Part shown: positions 38,432 through 51,463 of the stretch, piece after piece
Layout of the letters: every line of letters begins with the position of its first letter
Position numbering within the stretch: position 1 is the first letter of the stretch
NCBI RefSeq assembly: GCF_006345805.1
Contig: NC_043003.1
Location: 44,144,001-44,208,000 of the forward strand
Origin: Octopus sinensis
Taxonomy: Eukaryota
Length of the DNA: 64,000 nt
Direction of reading: 5' to 3'
Position numbers and translations under genes: made by a program
The notes under the pieces: generated by a model
Database searches by the model: none
Seen by the model: the letters and a program-made list of their open reading frames with translations, nothing else
What the model was told of the DNA's origin: nothing

Positions 38432-38986
38432 GAGTGAGAGAGCAGTTCATGCCATCAAAGTGAGACATGGGGTAAAATATACGAAGCCCTATATACACAT
38501 CATGACTGCATGTCTAATAAGGGTACACCAAGCACATGTATCACAACTATATGTGCGCGACATGGTGATCTCATATCAAGATAAACAGCACATGAACTTG
38601 CAGGTGGGGCCCAGTTAGAATTTTCTTCAGGTTGAGTAGCCCACCCCGCTCAAAAGGTCCCTGAATAAGGGTTCTTTCAGGATGTTGAAAGAACCACCCA
38701 TGTTTCCATATGTGAATTATTCAAACCCCAAATAATCCCTCTCAACACATGGATATGATGCTCCCACACTACTTCTGCTCGTGATCAGAGATGCACATAT
38801 CGTCAGCCAATAAGGGACATGCTCAACTGGTTAAGGTCAAACAACTGACAAGCAAATCTGTGGTATTGAGCAGAATATTTACTGTAGCCCATCTTTTATA
38901 CCAAGACAAAACAACGTACATGATAACACTTCCAATCAGTTAAGATCAGAAGCCACAAGAGCCACTGCCTGGTGCTGTATCAGGGC

Positions 38987-38988
<2 letters not shown>
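38432..38988 (-). mobile_element. ~560-bp unassigned retroposon-like repeat, full copy, between (ATT)n tracts
   Basis: Homolog at 39129-39576. In minus orientation it ends GCTCTCTCACTC(AAT)n. No recognisable ORF. Confidence 0.75.
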
Positions 38989-39085
<97 letters not shown>

Positions 39086-39128
39086 CATCATTATTATTAT
39101 TATTATTGTTATTATTATTATTATTATT

Positions 39129-39576
39129 GAGTGAGAGAGCAGTGCATGCCATCAAAGTGACACTGGGGTAAAATATACGAAGCCCAGTATACCCATAATG
39201 ACTACCCGTCTGATAAGGGTACACCAGGCACATGCATCACAACCATATGTGCGCGACATGGTGATCTCATATCAAGATAAACAGCACATGACCTTGCAGG
39301 TTAGAATTTGCTTCTGGTCGAGTAACCCATCCCGCTCAAAAGGTCCCTGAATAAGGGTTCTTTCAGGATGTTGAATGAAACACCTATGTTTCCAGTGGTG
39401 AATTATTCAAACTCCATAGAATCCCTCTCAACACATGGATATGATGCTCCCCCACTACTTCCGCTGGTGATCAGAGATGCACATATTGTCAGCCACTAAG
39501 GGACATGCTCAACTGGTTAAGATCAAACAACTGACAAGCAAATCTGTGGTATTGAGCAGAATATTTGCTGTAGCCC
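39129..39576 (-). mobile_element. Second, 5'-truncated copy of the ~560-bp repeat
   Basis: Same 3' terminus into (AAT)n. Lacks ~110 bp of the other end and has a 10-bp internal deletion (TGGGGCCCAG). Confidence 0.8.
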
Positions 39577-39639
39577 CTCAATTATTATTATTATTATTAT
39601 CACCATCATCATCATCATCATTATCATCATCATCATCAC

Positions 39640-39682
<43 letters not shown>

Positions 39683-40985
39683 TGGTCGGTTCTAAACAAT
39701 TTGTTTTGCTGGTGTGATTCCAAACCTAGTTAGCTTTGCTTTTTTTATTGCATGTATGGGCTGCTGCAGTCCTTCAATTACAACATTCAGGCCTTTCGTA
39801 TCAACACTTTACTTCTTTTTAACTTTTTCGAATGTCCATCCATTCTTAATTTCTCCAATTCTTTTCCTCACAGGTATTGACACTACATTCTTCCAAGAGT
39901 TTACATCTTCAGAAATTCTCCTTTTCCATCACAGTTATTTTTTATTTCTTTTTCTATCCGTTGCTGTTCTATTCTTAGGGCTTCTAAATTCCATCCTTTC
40001 CGCCACTATCCTACTAGCAGCCTTCATAAGATTTTTTGTTTGTGTGATTTTGTTTGCTTCAGTGTGTCTCAGTATGTTATCGACTATATTCGTCGTTTGA
40101 TTTTGTCTCTAGTGATTAGCCTTCTGATAGTCGCACATCAATTCTGTCCCTTCTCTACTTAATAGATACAAAATTATGTCTATTATTAACCGATTTTCAT
40201 TGTGTGAGTAGGCAATGATCTCAGTTCTTTCACAATTCTTTCTTGCGAACAGTTCTCCATCTCTTCCACTGTGTCAGTTTCATTTGTGTCAAGCGCATCC
40301 TCATCCGGTGTGGTTCTTTTAATATCTTCTAGCTCCAATTCTGTTAACCATTCATTATTTCGTATTGCACGTAGCCTCTTTTCAGTAATTCCAAACAGTT
40401 CCATTGCCTTCCACTCAGTGTACATTCGTTTTCTGTACCCTCTATCAGGCACGCCATTTTCGGTACTCCGGTAGTAACATTCCATAAGCATCACATTTAT
40501 TTGTTTACTCTGCTTATGTCTTGTAGTATGGTTAGCAGAAGCTGGATCATGGCAGGACCCACCCTGCTGCATAGTGAGGCAGCTGCCGTGTGCAGCATCT
40601 TCACCATTATTTCCAGTCCAGTTCACACCGTTATCGGCATCTATCTTGCTTGGGATTTTCACTCACAAATGAGGTTACTGCCAACTGGTATTTTTATCGA
40701 GACACACTTTCTATCAAGGTAGTCTGCCAAGGCGCTAGGACCCTTGCTTCCCTAGTTTTGAACTCAGAGTGCTCCTTCTCCTAGGCTACTTGCTATCCAA
40801 GGCTAACCTATACACCCTACCCGGAGAACTGGTTATTTGAAGGAGCCAGATACTCGCCTTTAGCCACACATCTGTTGGTTTGGCAAAGGAGTCGGGTTTG
40901 ACTGTCAGAAAACAGGTCTTGCGCAAGCCATGTTGCATTTCATAAGCGATGGAGCTTTCAACACCCCTCATCCCCCCGGTATTGA
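39683..40985 (-). mobile_element. 5' portion (5' UTR and ORF N-terminus) of a third R4/Dong element
   Basis: ORF 40186..40662 (INVMLMECYYRS..RGYRKRMYTEW..TEKRLRAIRNNEWLTELELEDI), then WKRRISED..KGLNVVIEGLQQ. Breaks into (AAT)n at 39683. Confidence 0.85.
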
Positions 40986-41134
40986 CAGATAATTAAAAAT
41001 AAATAAATGAATATTAATAATTAATAAAATTGAATAGAATATATAAAAATAAATACAGAAAAAGTAATATTAAAATAATAATAACTCAAAAGATATATAT
41101 ATATATATATATATATATCGAGAGATAGATAGAT

Positions 41135-41165
<31 letters not shown>

Positions 41166-41584
41166 ATCAGACAGACAGACAGAAAAGCTAAATGAAAGAA
41201 GGAGGAAATGCAATCAAGTACGGATGGAGAGGGATATTATGATTGTTGTTGTTTTTGTTATAAAGGCTGAATTTTCATCAGGTTGGACTAAATATTTAGT
41301 GTCATTGACCAAATGCCCTTCCAAATTCCATGCCTAAATAATTAGTTATATTATTACATCTTTTTATTAAACCTGTTTATAAGCAAAACCATCACAAACT
41401 CACATACACAAACACACTCACACACAAATGCACACACACAAACACATACAGTCACATGAACGCACATACACAGACGCACACACACATGCACATATACAAT
41501 GCGTCGTCCTTAATAATTTTACTTAGTGTAAAACATTTGTGGTTTATGAAATAAAACATCATATCATCATCATCATTATTATTA

Positions 41585-41680
41585 TGGAAGAATTGTTAGC
41601 TCACCAAGCGAAATCCATAATGGCATTTCGTCCGTCTCCACGTTCAGAGTTCAAACTCCGCCGTGGTCGCCATTATTCCA
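41585..41680 (+). mobile_element. SINE family B 5' remnant
   Basis: GGCATTTCGTCCGTCTCCACGTTCAGAGTTCAAACTCCGCCGTGGTCG. Confidence 0.6.
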
Positions 41681-41959
41681 GGGATATGATAAAGGGATAT
41701 TTCCCTGCTATGTATGTACTTTTTCTACTAGCTCTGTTTTTATTTTGTTTTTTATTTATATTAATAATATTTTATTTTATTTATATTATTTTATTATACA
41801 GTGCATTTCCCTGATGTCTCTCGGCTTTCTGTGTGGTTTTCAAGTAACGTGCTTACATGTACCCATCAAATTTCTTCACCCTATACTCTTGAGCTCCATT
41901 TGGACTACAACCTCCCAATCTCTTATACTTTAACTTACACGTTAAACTTCCTCCCAGCT

Positions 41960-42600
41960 TAACTTAACGTATTCTTACTGAGAATATATATTGGTCTCTT
42001 TCCTGTTGAGTAGACATTCTGCGTCAGCGATATTTCTCTTTCCCTCATATATTGTTCCAGAATAGTTGACTATATTCCGTAATTGGTGTGCACGTAGCTT
42101 TGTCTGTTTCTCCCATTTATTTGATGTATTTGACGTCTGTCATTTGAGGAACTCAATTGGTCTCCATCTTTTCTTCATTATTAACAATGCGACGTTCTTC
42201 TGCATTGTCTTCCTCTTTGTATAATTTTCTCCGAACTTTTTTCCAGTTATAAACCTGTTTACCAACATTTCTTTCGTATCATTCTGGCCGGGTCACGTAA
42301 TCTTTCCTATTGTATTTTCAATATCTCCCGTTGCTGACATTATCGGATGTCCATTACTAACTCCTTTTATTGGCCATCCATATCCAACTCTGATTGGATT
42401 ACTCTATTAGCACTCCCCGGATATTGCATTAATTGTTTGTCCCACTTTTTCCTCCAATTTTTATATGATAGAAGTCACAATTCGTCAACTGGACATATCC
42501 AGCTTCTGAACGAAGCACATGCAGGGTGGAACACTCTCATTTCCGGTGTCAATCCCTTTTACAACGTTATCTACAGTTTTTCTTTCAGATATTCCACACA
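41960..42600 (-). mobile_element. Very degenerate R4/Dong N-terminal fragment
   Basis: Minus-strand ERLRDPARMIRKKCW*TGL*LEK matches the RL.DQAR.IR.N.WL..LELE motif of the other copies. Confidence 0.5.
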
Positions 42601-42734
42601 CTGACTTTAATTTGTTTTACACATCACTATAGTACCGACCAAAATTCAGAAACATTCCATCCACCCTATAATTATTATTAATGTTGTTATTGTTGTTGTC
42701 TTTGCTGCCATTATTATTATTATTATTATTATTA

Positions 42735-42778
<44 letters not shown>

Positions 42779-45105
42779 GCGATAATAAATCTCTGGATTT
42801 GATTCGAATTTTATTGTGCAACTTATTTTCGGCAGTTTGGGCTATTCCTAGTCTAAACTATGTTATTACACATTTAAGTTTATAATGCATATCCATTTAT
42901 TATCTAAACCAGCAGGTTTAAAGACAACAAGGGCAATGAAATGAAGAAAATAAAATGAAAGACCCTCAACTCCAATAGAATGCAATGCATAACGTAATAC
43001 ATTATGAATACTAAATGGATTGCATTCGTTTATATATTATGGCGTTTTGGCGATGTAGTAGCAGAATAAATGCAATGAACTCATGCCAGCAGCTTAATAA
43101 GTTCATGACCTATAAAATATATTTAACTGGACTCTTCAACTTATTACATGAAATTGATATTGCTTAAGGTACACAAATATGGTGAGTATTATTTACTGCT
43201 GGTCAGGTTGAGCCACTTGAATATGAATATATATATATTCACAATATACATGGTGTAGAAGAGATGATGTAAACGGGCGAATGATATTCGAGCAGAATTC
43301 AAAATTATTATCGATTAATTCCAACCTACTATTTGCAGCTCAATAAATAGATAAACAAAGACACAAGCAACTATAGAATATATATAGATAATTCGAATCT
43401 TAAGTTTCTGGCATCCATTGAAACATTGTTTCATTCAGTTCATTTGTTTTGTATTTAAACTATTGATGTTTCTATATTTGCTGTAATTTCATATAAATAT
43501 ATTTAAGTTTCAGGTTTTAAATATATAGACATGAGCGCTTTAGATTTTATATTGCATTTATGTTATTTGTTTCCTCTTGTATTTAAGATAAGAATAACAT
43601 TATAGAGCCATGTTATAACTGTGTCTGGTCACAAAGTGAAAATAATGTCTTATGTAAATTAATCAGAAATAGAATTCAATCGTACATTCATTGTATTAGT
43701 TTCCTTTATACAAAATTATAAATCTATTACTAGTTTTGTTTTCCTTTTAACTTATCTTAAGCAATATAATAATAATAAAGCAAAGTAAGAATAAATTAAT
43801 GAGTATTATGTATTAAATTATGTATGAGGTCTTTTTTCCATTTTCTGTATTCTCTGTTTTTATTCATTTCTACTTAGGATGAGTCGCTACAGATTGAGGT
43901 GATAAGATAGCGAAACATTGCGACAATACTTATTATTCTATTCAAAGTACTTCGTAGATCCATTGCTAGATTCTTTAACTGTTTGCCATGCGAAATAATA
44001 AATTTTCTCTCAGCGTATCGATTCCATTTCTGAAGTTCCTTAGCTTTGAAGAACCACTTCTCAGTTACTGTTATTCCCAAGTCTATTTTGACCCGGAGTT
44101 GTAGACCCCTTAGAGTCCCAACTGTGAGTTAACTAGCATGTGGATCAATAGTAGTGAAGGGCTCTTAGTTCTCGTTAGAATTTCTTTCTAGGTGAAATTA
44201 AACTCACATGAAAATAAAAGCGGCTGAACTGCAGTACATTTCTAGTTGTCTCAAACACTAATGTTGCAGTTGATTGCATTAAAAAGGTGGTTTAGTGCTC
44301 TGTCACACTTTATGCACTAAAAAAAAATTCACGGACAGGACATATTAAGACTCTCAGATTATTAACACTGATTTTCTGAGTAAACGAAGTGGTCATACTC
44401 AGACATAAGTTGACTTCCCCAGATACACACGCGCACACACAAACACACACACAAACACACACACAAACACACACACAAACGCACACACTATATCTATCTA
44501 TATGAATATCTATTTCCCCATTTATCAATCTATCTACCTTGTTCCTATTTATTTTCCTATTTCCATCTCATTATCACTCTGTCTTTAGCCCACATTCTCT
44601 CTTTGTGTTTCGTTTTACTCCTTTTCTCTCTCTCACCCGCACAAGTGCGCGTACCCCCCACACCCACACCCACACCCACACCCACACCCACACCCACACA
44701 TACACACACACACACGCCTGAATACAGATAGTTGTTAAACAGTGTTTCAACCGAAATTATCCAGAAACAACCGAGGTATTCCTTTTTAGTATTTATTGGC
44801 AAACGTTAATACGTTATCGTCTGCTAAATGCTTAACTTCATATCACATTTGTTTCCTGAAGAATACGTCTAAAATCAACATTGAAGTGCATTATTAAATT
44901 CATTGAAAAATATTCACTTCTTTTCTACTTCTAATGAAATTTTCTCAGCTAGTCACTTCTCATGAAATTAGAAAGACATATTTCTGGAGAAGAAATTCAT
45001 ATCATATAGTCTTATAACTTGAGATTATTGTGTCTCACCCTACTTCCCGATGAGTCCATCTCAAGCCAAAAGTGAAGGCAGTTATTAAATACATTGACAA
45101 ATATT

Positions 45106-45506
45106 CTTTTCTGCTCTAGCCACAAGGCCCGAAACTTTGGTGGGGGAAGTGGGTCAGTCGATTATATCGATCCAGTACTCAACTGGTACTTATTTTATCG
45201 ACCACGAAAGGATGAAAAGCAAAGTCGACTTCGGCGGTATTTGAACTCAGAACGTAACGGCAGACGAAATACCTATTTCTTAACTGCCCACAAGGGGCTA
45301 CACACAGAGGGGACAAACAAGGACAGACAAACGGATTAAGTCAATTATATCGCCCCGAGTGCGTAACTGGTACTTATTTAATCGACCCCGAAATGTTGAA
45401 AGGCAAAGTCAACCTCGGCGGGATTTGAACTCAGAATGTAAAGACAGACGAAATACCACTACGCATTTCACCCAGCGTGGTATGGTTTCTGCCATCTCAC
45501 CACCTT
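45106..45506 (-). mobile_element. Dimeric SINE family B insertion with a single TSD
   Basis: Full unit 45274-45506 plus 5'-truncated unit 45106-45273, head to tail. CATTGACAAATATT is repeated at 45092-45105 and 45512-45525. Confidence 0.85.
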
Positions 45507-46348
45507 AAGTTCATTGACAAATATTGAAAATATGTTAACATATATCTTTTATAAACCAATACATGACGGTAAATGCATGTTCGGAATTTACTGTAAATAT
45601 ATTATTTTATCTTTGAGACAGAACAATGTGTCTCACTATTGAACCTGCTAGCTAAATCGGCCCTCAGAATTCACAAATTTCTCTACGGCTCAGCAATATG
45701 TTTTCATCAAAATATTTCTCGCTTTCAGCATTTGATTCACCAAGTCTGCTCCATCGACAGTATTCTGAGTTTTCGTTTAACGATCTTTATTCTCCTCCTT
45801 TCTGCCGACTACATGTCAAACGTTCTCACTCTGTTCTCTCTATTTTACACTCCGTTTCTTCATATTTCTACTCCGTTTTTCCGATCAGGTCTTTCATATC
45901 AACATCCTGCTGGCTATTTCTTCAACACCTGTGAATAATAACACAAACTAACGTAATTTTCTGAAATATAGCTTCCGAGGTGAGATCCAGCGAAAATTCG
46001 GTTTGGCAAGTAAACGGTAACGATGCATGTGTGCATATGTTTATAATACATACACACACGCGCATGTACTCACTCACACACGCACTTGTGTATGTATGTG
46101 TATGTATATATTCATATGTATGTACGTGTATATATATATATATATATATATTGTAGAATAATAAACAAAAGTGTTTCTTGGTACAGCATAATATATTTGA
46201 AAAAACTGAGTAGAGATGTTTTTCGGGGAGATAAATTTTATTTTAATGATAATGTTTCCATGGAAACATTACCATTTAAATAAAAATTATCCCCGCCAAA
46301 CCCATCTCTACTCATTTTTACCAATATATATATATATATATATATATA

Positions 46349-46690
46349 CAGTGTGCAGTGGATAAATTGTAGTCTAAATTATGCAAAAATGAAAATAGCA
46401 CTGATATCCCATTTTAAAAGATATATTTACAGAAATTAAATAAAAATATCTAACGATTGAATTCGTTGAATAAATTCGCCGTTGGCTTCGATCACAGCCT
46501 CCAGATATCTGCGGAATCGCCGTAACATTCTGAACGGTGTCGTTATTTAAGCATGTTCGGTGGGAAGGGATGCTTGCGTTTGTGCAAAAGCTTTCTAGCG
46601 CGGTCTTCTTTTTGCCTTTGATGGCTTGGAATAGGAAATTGCCTTTTCTCATCTTGTAAGAGGAATAGTGAATAACTTCATTCATTGCCT
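46349..46690 (-). mobile_element. Tc1/mariner-superfamily 3' remnant
   Basis: TA-CAGTGTGCAGTGG TIR-like end. Minus-strand FRRYLEAVIEANGEFIQ (cf. FRSRLEAVIEANGG). Confidence 0.75.
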
Positions 46691-46740
46691 GCCACATAAG
46701 GATAGATAGATTGATAGGTCGGTAAGTAGGTAATTAGGTA

Positions 46741-46743
46741 CGT

Positions 46744-46796
<53 letters not shown>

Positions 46797-46847
46797 TAGA
46801 TAGATAGATAGATAGAAATAGATATATAGAGATATATATAGATAGAC

Positions 46848-46919
<72 letters not shown>

Positions 46920-46945
46920 GGATGGATGGATGGATGGATAGATAG
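46741..46945. repeat. (TA)n(AGAT)n(GGAT)n microsatellite
   Basis: Direct reading. Confidence 0.95.
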
Positions 46946-47059
46946 TTTGAATTAGATGACCTGGAGAGACATTTTAAACCAAGTTGCAGCACACCATGGA
47001 CAACGCAAAGCAATATCATCTATTTCCCTTCTACCACCCAAAGTATACTAAAATAAACA

Positions 47060-47790
47060 TACGGTCCAATATAGCAAGAACAATTTTCGTGATATACGTC
47101 AAATCTCGAAACCCGAGAAAAGCGATTCCAAGAACTTAAAAAAACACATTACTAGATACAAAATACACGACTAGATTAATCAAAAACGGAATAGAACGTA
47201 CAAAAGTGATAGACATCCAAGAATTACGGAAAACAACAAAACACTATAACATACTTAAAACGTTATCTTATGTATCAACTCAAAATCCGAGGAACGTCGA
47301 AGCATACAACATCATCCACCGAAACATACCCCGCCTTATGAAGAAACTGCGAATGAAAATGTCACTAGAAACACACAGGATTATTAAAAGCACGAGACAG
47401 CCGCATTCCCTAAAATAGTTACTCACTAGCGCCAAATTACGCACCAAAAATACAACCCCACTAATCAAAGAGTGCAACCGCTCTAACTACGACTGCGGAA
47501 CTTGCATCTTCCTCTTAGTGGGCTCAACATACAAATTACGTAAGGTCAACTGTTACCATAAAAAACCACTTTCACTATGCATCGAATAACTTACTCTGTG
47601 TTCTTAAATATGAAACACCTAGACCAATAAATAAACATAAATCCAATAAACATAAATCCGAAATACCAAATATTACCTCTCCATCAATAACGCGGAAACA
47701 CTTCAAACCAATTCTGCTTCAATAAGGAAAGCAGACTCATTAAAAATATATACCACAGTTGAATATCCTTTAGAATGAAAAAAAAAACAG
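47060..47790 (+). mobile_element. Penelope-like element ORF remnant (RT thumb, linker, start of GIY-YIG region)
   Basis: LSYVSTQNPRNVEAYNIIHRNIP..IIKSTRQPHSLK*LLTSAK..IKECNRSNYDCGTCIFL, then KESRLIKIY. Matches the PLE linker and cysteine-rich motif. Sequence to ~48280 may be its 3' repeat. Confidence 0.7.
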
Positions 47791-48529
47791 TCAAAAGATA
47801 ATGGAAAAAAAACACTCAATTTTTCCTCAAAATCACAATGAAGAACAAAAAACAATTTTATAATCTTTAGTAACAGTTTCCATCCGGGTTTCGAAACCGC
47901 AACTCCATACAATAACATTATACAAACGCCAGCTGCCGACGTCATCTATCTCTAGACCAATGAAATTTTACAAACACCTGTTGCTAACGTCACCTAAGTC
48001 TAGATCAATCAAAACCGACCCTTTATGAGAATCAATGACCCTGTATGAGAATCAACCAACCGGAACGACTGATGACCGTTGCCCACAGCAGGGAAGCCAA
48101 CCAGGCAGAACAACGAACTTGACCACCGGAAAAACAAGACGTCACCAGCACTTTAACGAATCAAAAACCAGATCTGCTCGCGGAAAAATTATAAATACAC
48201 TGGATTCCAAAACACAACCTTACATGAGAAAGTTGCTACACACCCTGCACACCATGGAAAGAGGATAAGAGAAATTGTAAACCCAAACCCTTTTTTTTAC
48301 TGTCTTAATTTTTCCATTGATTTCTTAACTCACTTAACTCAGTATGACTTAAACTTTGATGATATTCATTTCTTGTCGTTCACAACTAGAACTAATGAGC
48401 TTAAACATTCAAACAATTATTTACTGTTATAAACATTTTCATTTGTCAACATTGAAACTTTTAAAGATGTTTTTCTAATTAATAATTCTAAATTTTTACC
48501 ATTGATAAACAAAAAATATTGTTGAAACT

Positions 48530-48811
<282 letters not shown>

Positions 48812-49611
48812 TTATTTATTCTAAAAAATTACAAGTTCTTCAAATTTAGTAGCATTTTCAAAGATGAATTTGCCTTCGTGGAAATGCACACCTTTTGGGT
48901 TTTAAATATATATATATATATATATACATATATTATGGAGAAAGCTGCTTATGAAATATAATTGGTCATTCGAAGTATCGAGTCTATACACAGTCGTTTT
49001 GAATCAAAGATTTTTCTTAAAGTAAAAACTTTAAAGAAAGACCTTTCATTCAAAAACTCTCTGCATAGACTCGATACTTGGAATGAACAATTTTAAATGC
49101 TTTTAGATTTTACTCATAAAGTATTGGAATCTTATATGTATAACATTTTGCCTTAAAAATGGATCTACAAATTCAATGTCCCTACATATCTCACATCTAT
49201 TTTCTTTCCTCCACCACAATCTCTATTTGGTACCATATCAAATTAACTATGACTTAACTATTCTCTCACACCGTATCTGATAAAGGGATATAATAAATAT
49301 CCAGGAAACAGCTGTAATACCTTCTATATATAAATGTTCTAAAATGAACAAAGCCTTGGTTTTTTATCTCATTAGGCAAAAATTACTTATATACACACTC
49401 TGACATATGACCAACTTTGAACCCCTTATTTGCAAAATCACTGAACATGGAACTCAACTTTGGTCTATCTATAGCACTTATTCAGCATTACCTGACACCT
49501 TTTGTCTCAGTGATACCATTATTCTCATAAACTATATATATGTGTGTGTGTGTACATTACAAACGCAATCACATACACACATATATATATCTATATATAT
49601 CTATATCTACC

Positions 49612-49645
<34 letters not shown>

Positions 49646-50054
49646 ATTTCCTCTATTTACATAATATTGAAGTCTCTTTCTTTCTTTTGTTATCTTACCG
49701 TTTTTACCAATATATATACATACATACACCTCTGTTTTACAGACATTATCGATATAGATTCCTTTACATTCTTTGTCTAGACAAGTCATATGCACCTTGT
49801 CATTCTATACAATTAATCTGTGGATAGGAAAAGTGGTCTGTTGTTTACAAGTTTCAAATTCAGTCCCAACAATCCATGCGAGGCTATAGAGACCAAGTAA
49901 CAATAATTTGTGTATAATACACTGTTAGATGAAAATTATACAAATTACCACATGTACACACACACAGGCACAGAGACGTTCAGTTCAATCAAATCTATGC
50001 ACGATACTGCCTAATTTCTTTATGTGCGTGTGTGTGTTTCTGTTTCCGTGTGTG

Positions 50055-50150
50055 AGTGAACGTGCATATTTTAGTGGTTAGAGTTTTCCACTCACGATCG
50101 CAAGAATGTGGGCTCTATTTCCGGACAGGGATTCGTCTTCTGTTTCATGA
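50055..50150 (+). mobile_element. Possible degenerate SINE family C head
   Basis: GTGAACGTGC..TTAGTGGTTAGAGTTTTCCACTCACGATCGCAAG resembles the tRNA-like head of 55264-55586. Confidence 0.4.
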
Positions 50151-50317
50151 GTATAACGTTTAATTTGATGCTGCTATGCGCGTGAGGCAGAAGCAGAATA
50201 TTTGCTGCATCGACTCTCCACATTGTGAGATCAAATAACATTTCCGTAGAAAGGGCAACCGGAAAACTCCTATATTAATAGAAGTTCTAGTCGTCGTCAT
50301 CATTCCCAGTAACGTAT

Positions 50318-50832
50318 TTAAGTGCAGTAAGGGATGTTTTCTGTGTAAACCGGGTTTTCGAGGTGGTCATTAAGCTCTGCAGTAATTTTGGATGCTGCAC
50401 CTTTGTGAATCTTTCTAACAGTTCGCGTAACAGTCCAACGGTCCATATCTAAAAGTTTTGGTTTTCTTCCGGAATTTTCTTTCGACGAGGAGGTTTTTCC
50501 ATCTTTCTCAAAGGCTGCCTTTATTTTCAAGAGAGTACTTATTGATACACCAAAGATTTCGACTCTTTTCGTTACGCTAGCACCTGCCATACGAGCACCC
50601 ACGATTCTACATCTTTGAAAGTTCTATGGATCTGTCATTTTAATGAATTTTAATTTCCTCTTTTTGATGATATTAAAAAAAAAAAAACCCACCAATTTTA
50701 GCAAAACATATTAAGCAACACTAATAATAATCAAAAAACATAAAAAATAAACAAGATTTGGTCGGTTTTATAGATATTTCAAAATAATGATGCTATGTTG
50801 CTAGGTGTTTCCATTATTTTGTCAAAACTCTG
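50318..50832 (-). mobile_element. Tc1-like element, 5' part with TIR and transposase HTH region
   Basis: ORF 50318..50602 (GARMAGASVTK..FEKDGKTSSSKENSGRKPKL..KITAELNDHLENPV). TIR CAGAGTTTTGACAAAATAATGGAAACACCT at 50803-50832, followed by TA. Confidence 0.9.
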
Positions 50833-50838
50833 TATATA

Positions 50839-50922
<84 letters not shown>

Positions 50923-51244
50923 CATATATATGTATGTATATATACATATATATATATATTCATGATATCGGGAACACTTTTCCAGTATTAGGATGGCTTC
51001 AGGTTTTCTAGGTCATGTAACTACAACACTAATCTTTATGCTCTTCAACGCTGTTGACTGTACATCCAGCTATTCTTAGTACATCATGGTGTTTCTGATT
51101 CAAAAAGGAAACATGAAATGTCAAAGCTAGTCTGTAAATCCGTATATACAGATTCTCTTGTCTGCCTGAGACTATTTTGTAACAGCTGCATTCACGATAT
51201 TCTCACCCCCGCTTCAATTTAAACATAAACTAGACCCACTGCAC

Positions 51245-51463
51245 ATTCATTTCTACTCTAGGCACAAAGCCCGAAATTTTGGGGGAGGTGGGCCAGTCGA
51301 TTAGATCGACTCCAGTATGCAACTGGTACTTAACTTATCGACTCTGAAAAGATGAAAGGCAAAGTTTTCCTCGACGGAATTTGAACTCAGAAGTTAATGA
51401 CAGACGAAATACTGATAGGCTTTTCGACTAGGGTGCTAACGTTTCTGACAGCTCGCTGCCTTA
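51245..51463 (-). mobile_element. Full-length SINE family B
   Basis: The reverse complement reads AAGGCAGCGAGCTGTCAGAAACGTTAGCAC..TCTGAGTTCAAATTCCG..GGGCTTTGTGCCTAGAGTAGAAATG. Imperfect TSD TAGACC(C)ACYGCAC. Confidence 0.9.

Noticed and set aside
43878-44043. Possible micro-exon DESLQIE spliced to RIDSISEVP*
   Set aside because: The acceptors are good but the donor (GTGATA) is weak, there is no upstream compatible exon and no homology.
48069-48100. CTGATGA-stem-GAAG downstream of the Penelope ORF
   Set aside because: GAAG instead of GAAA, and no stem I or stem III partner. It cannot be supported as a hammerhead from this copy.
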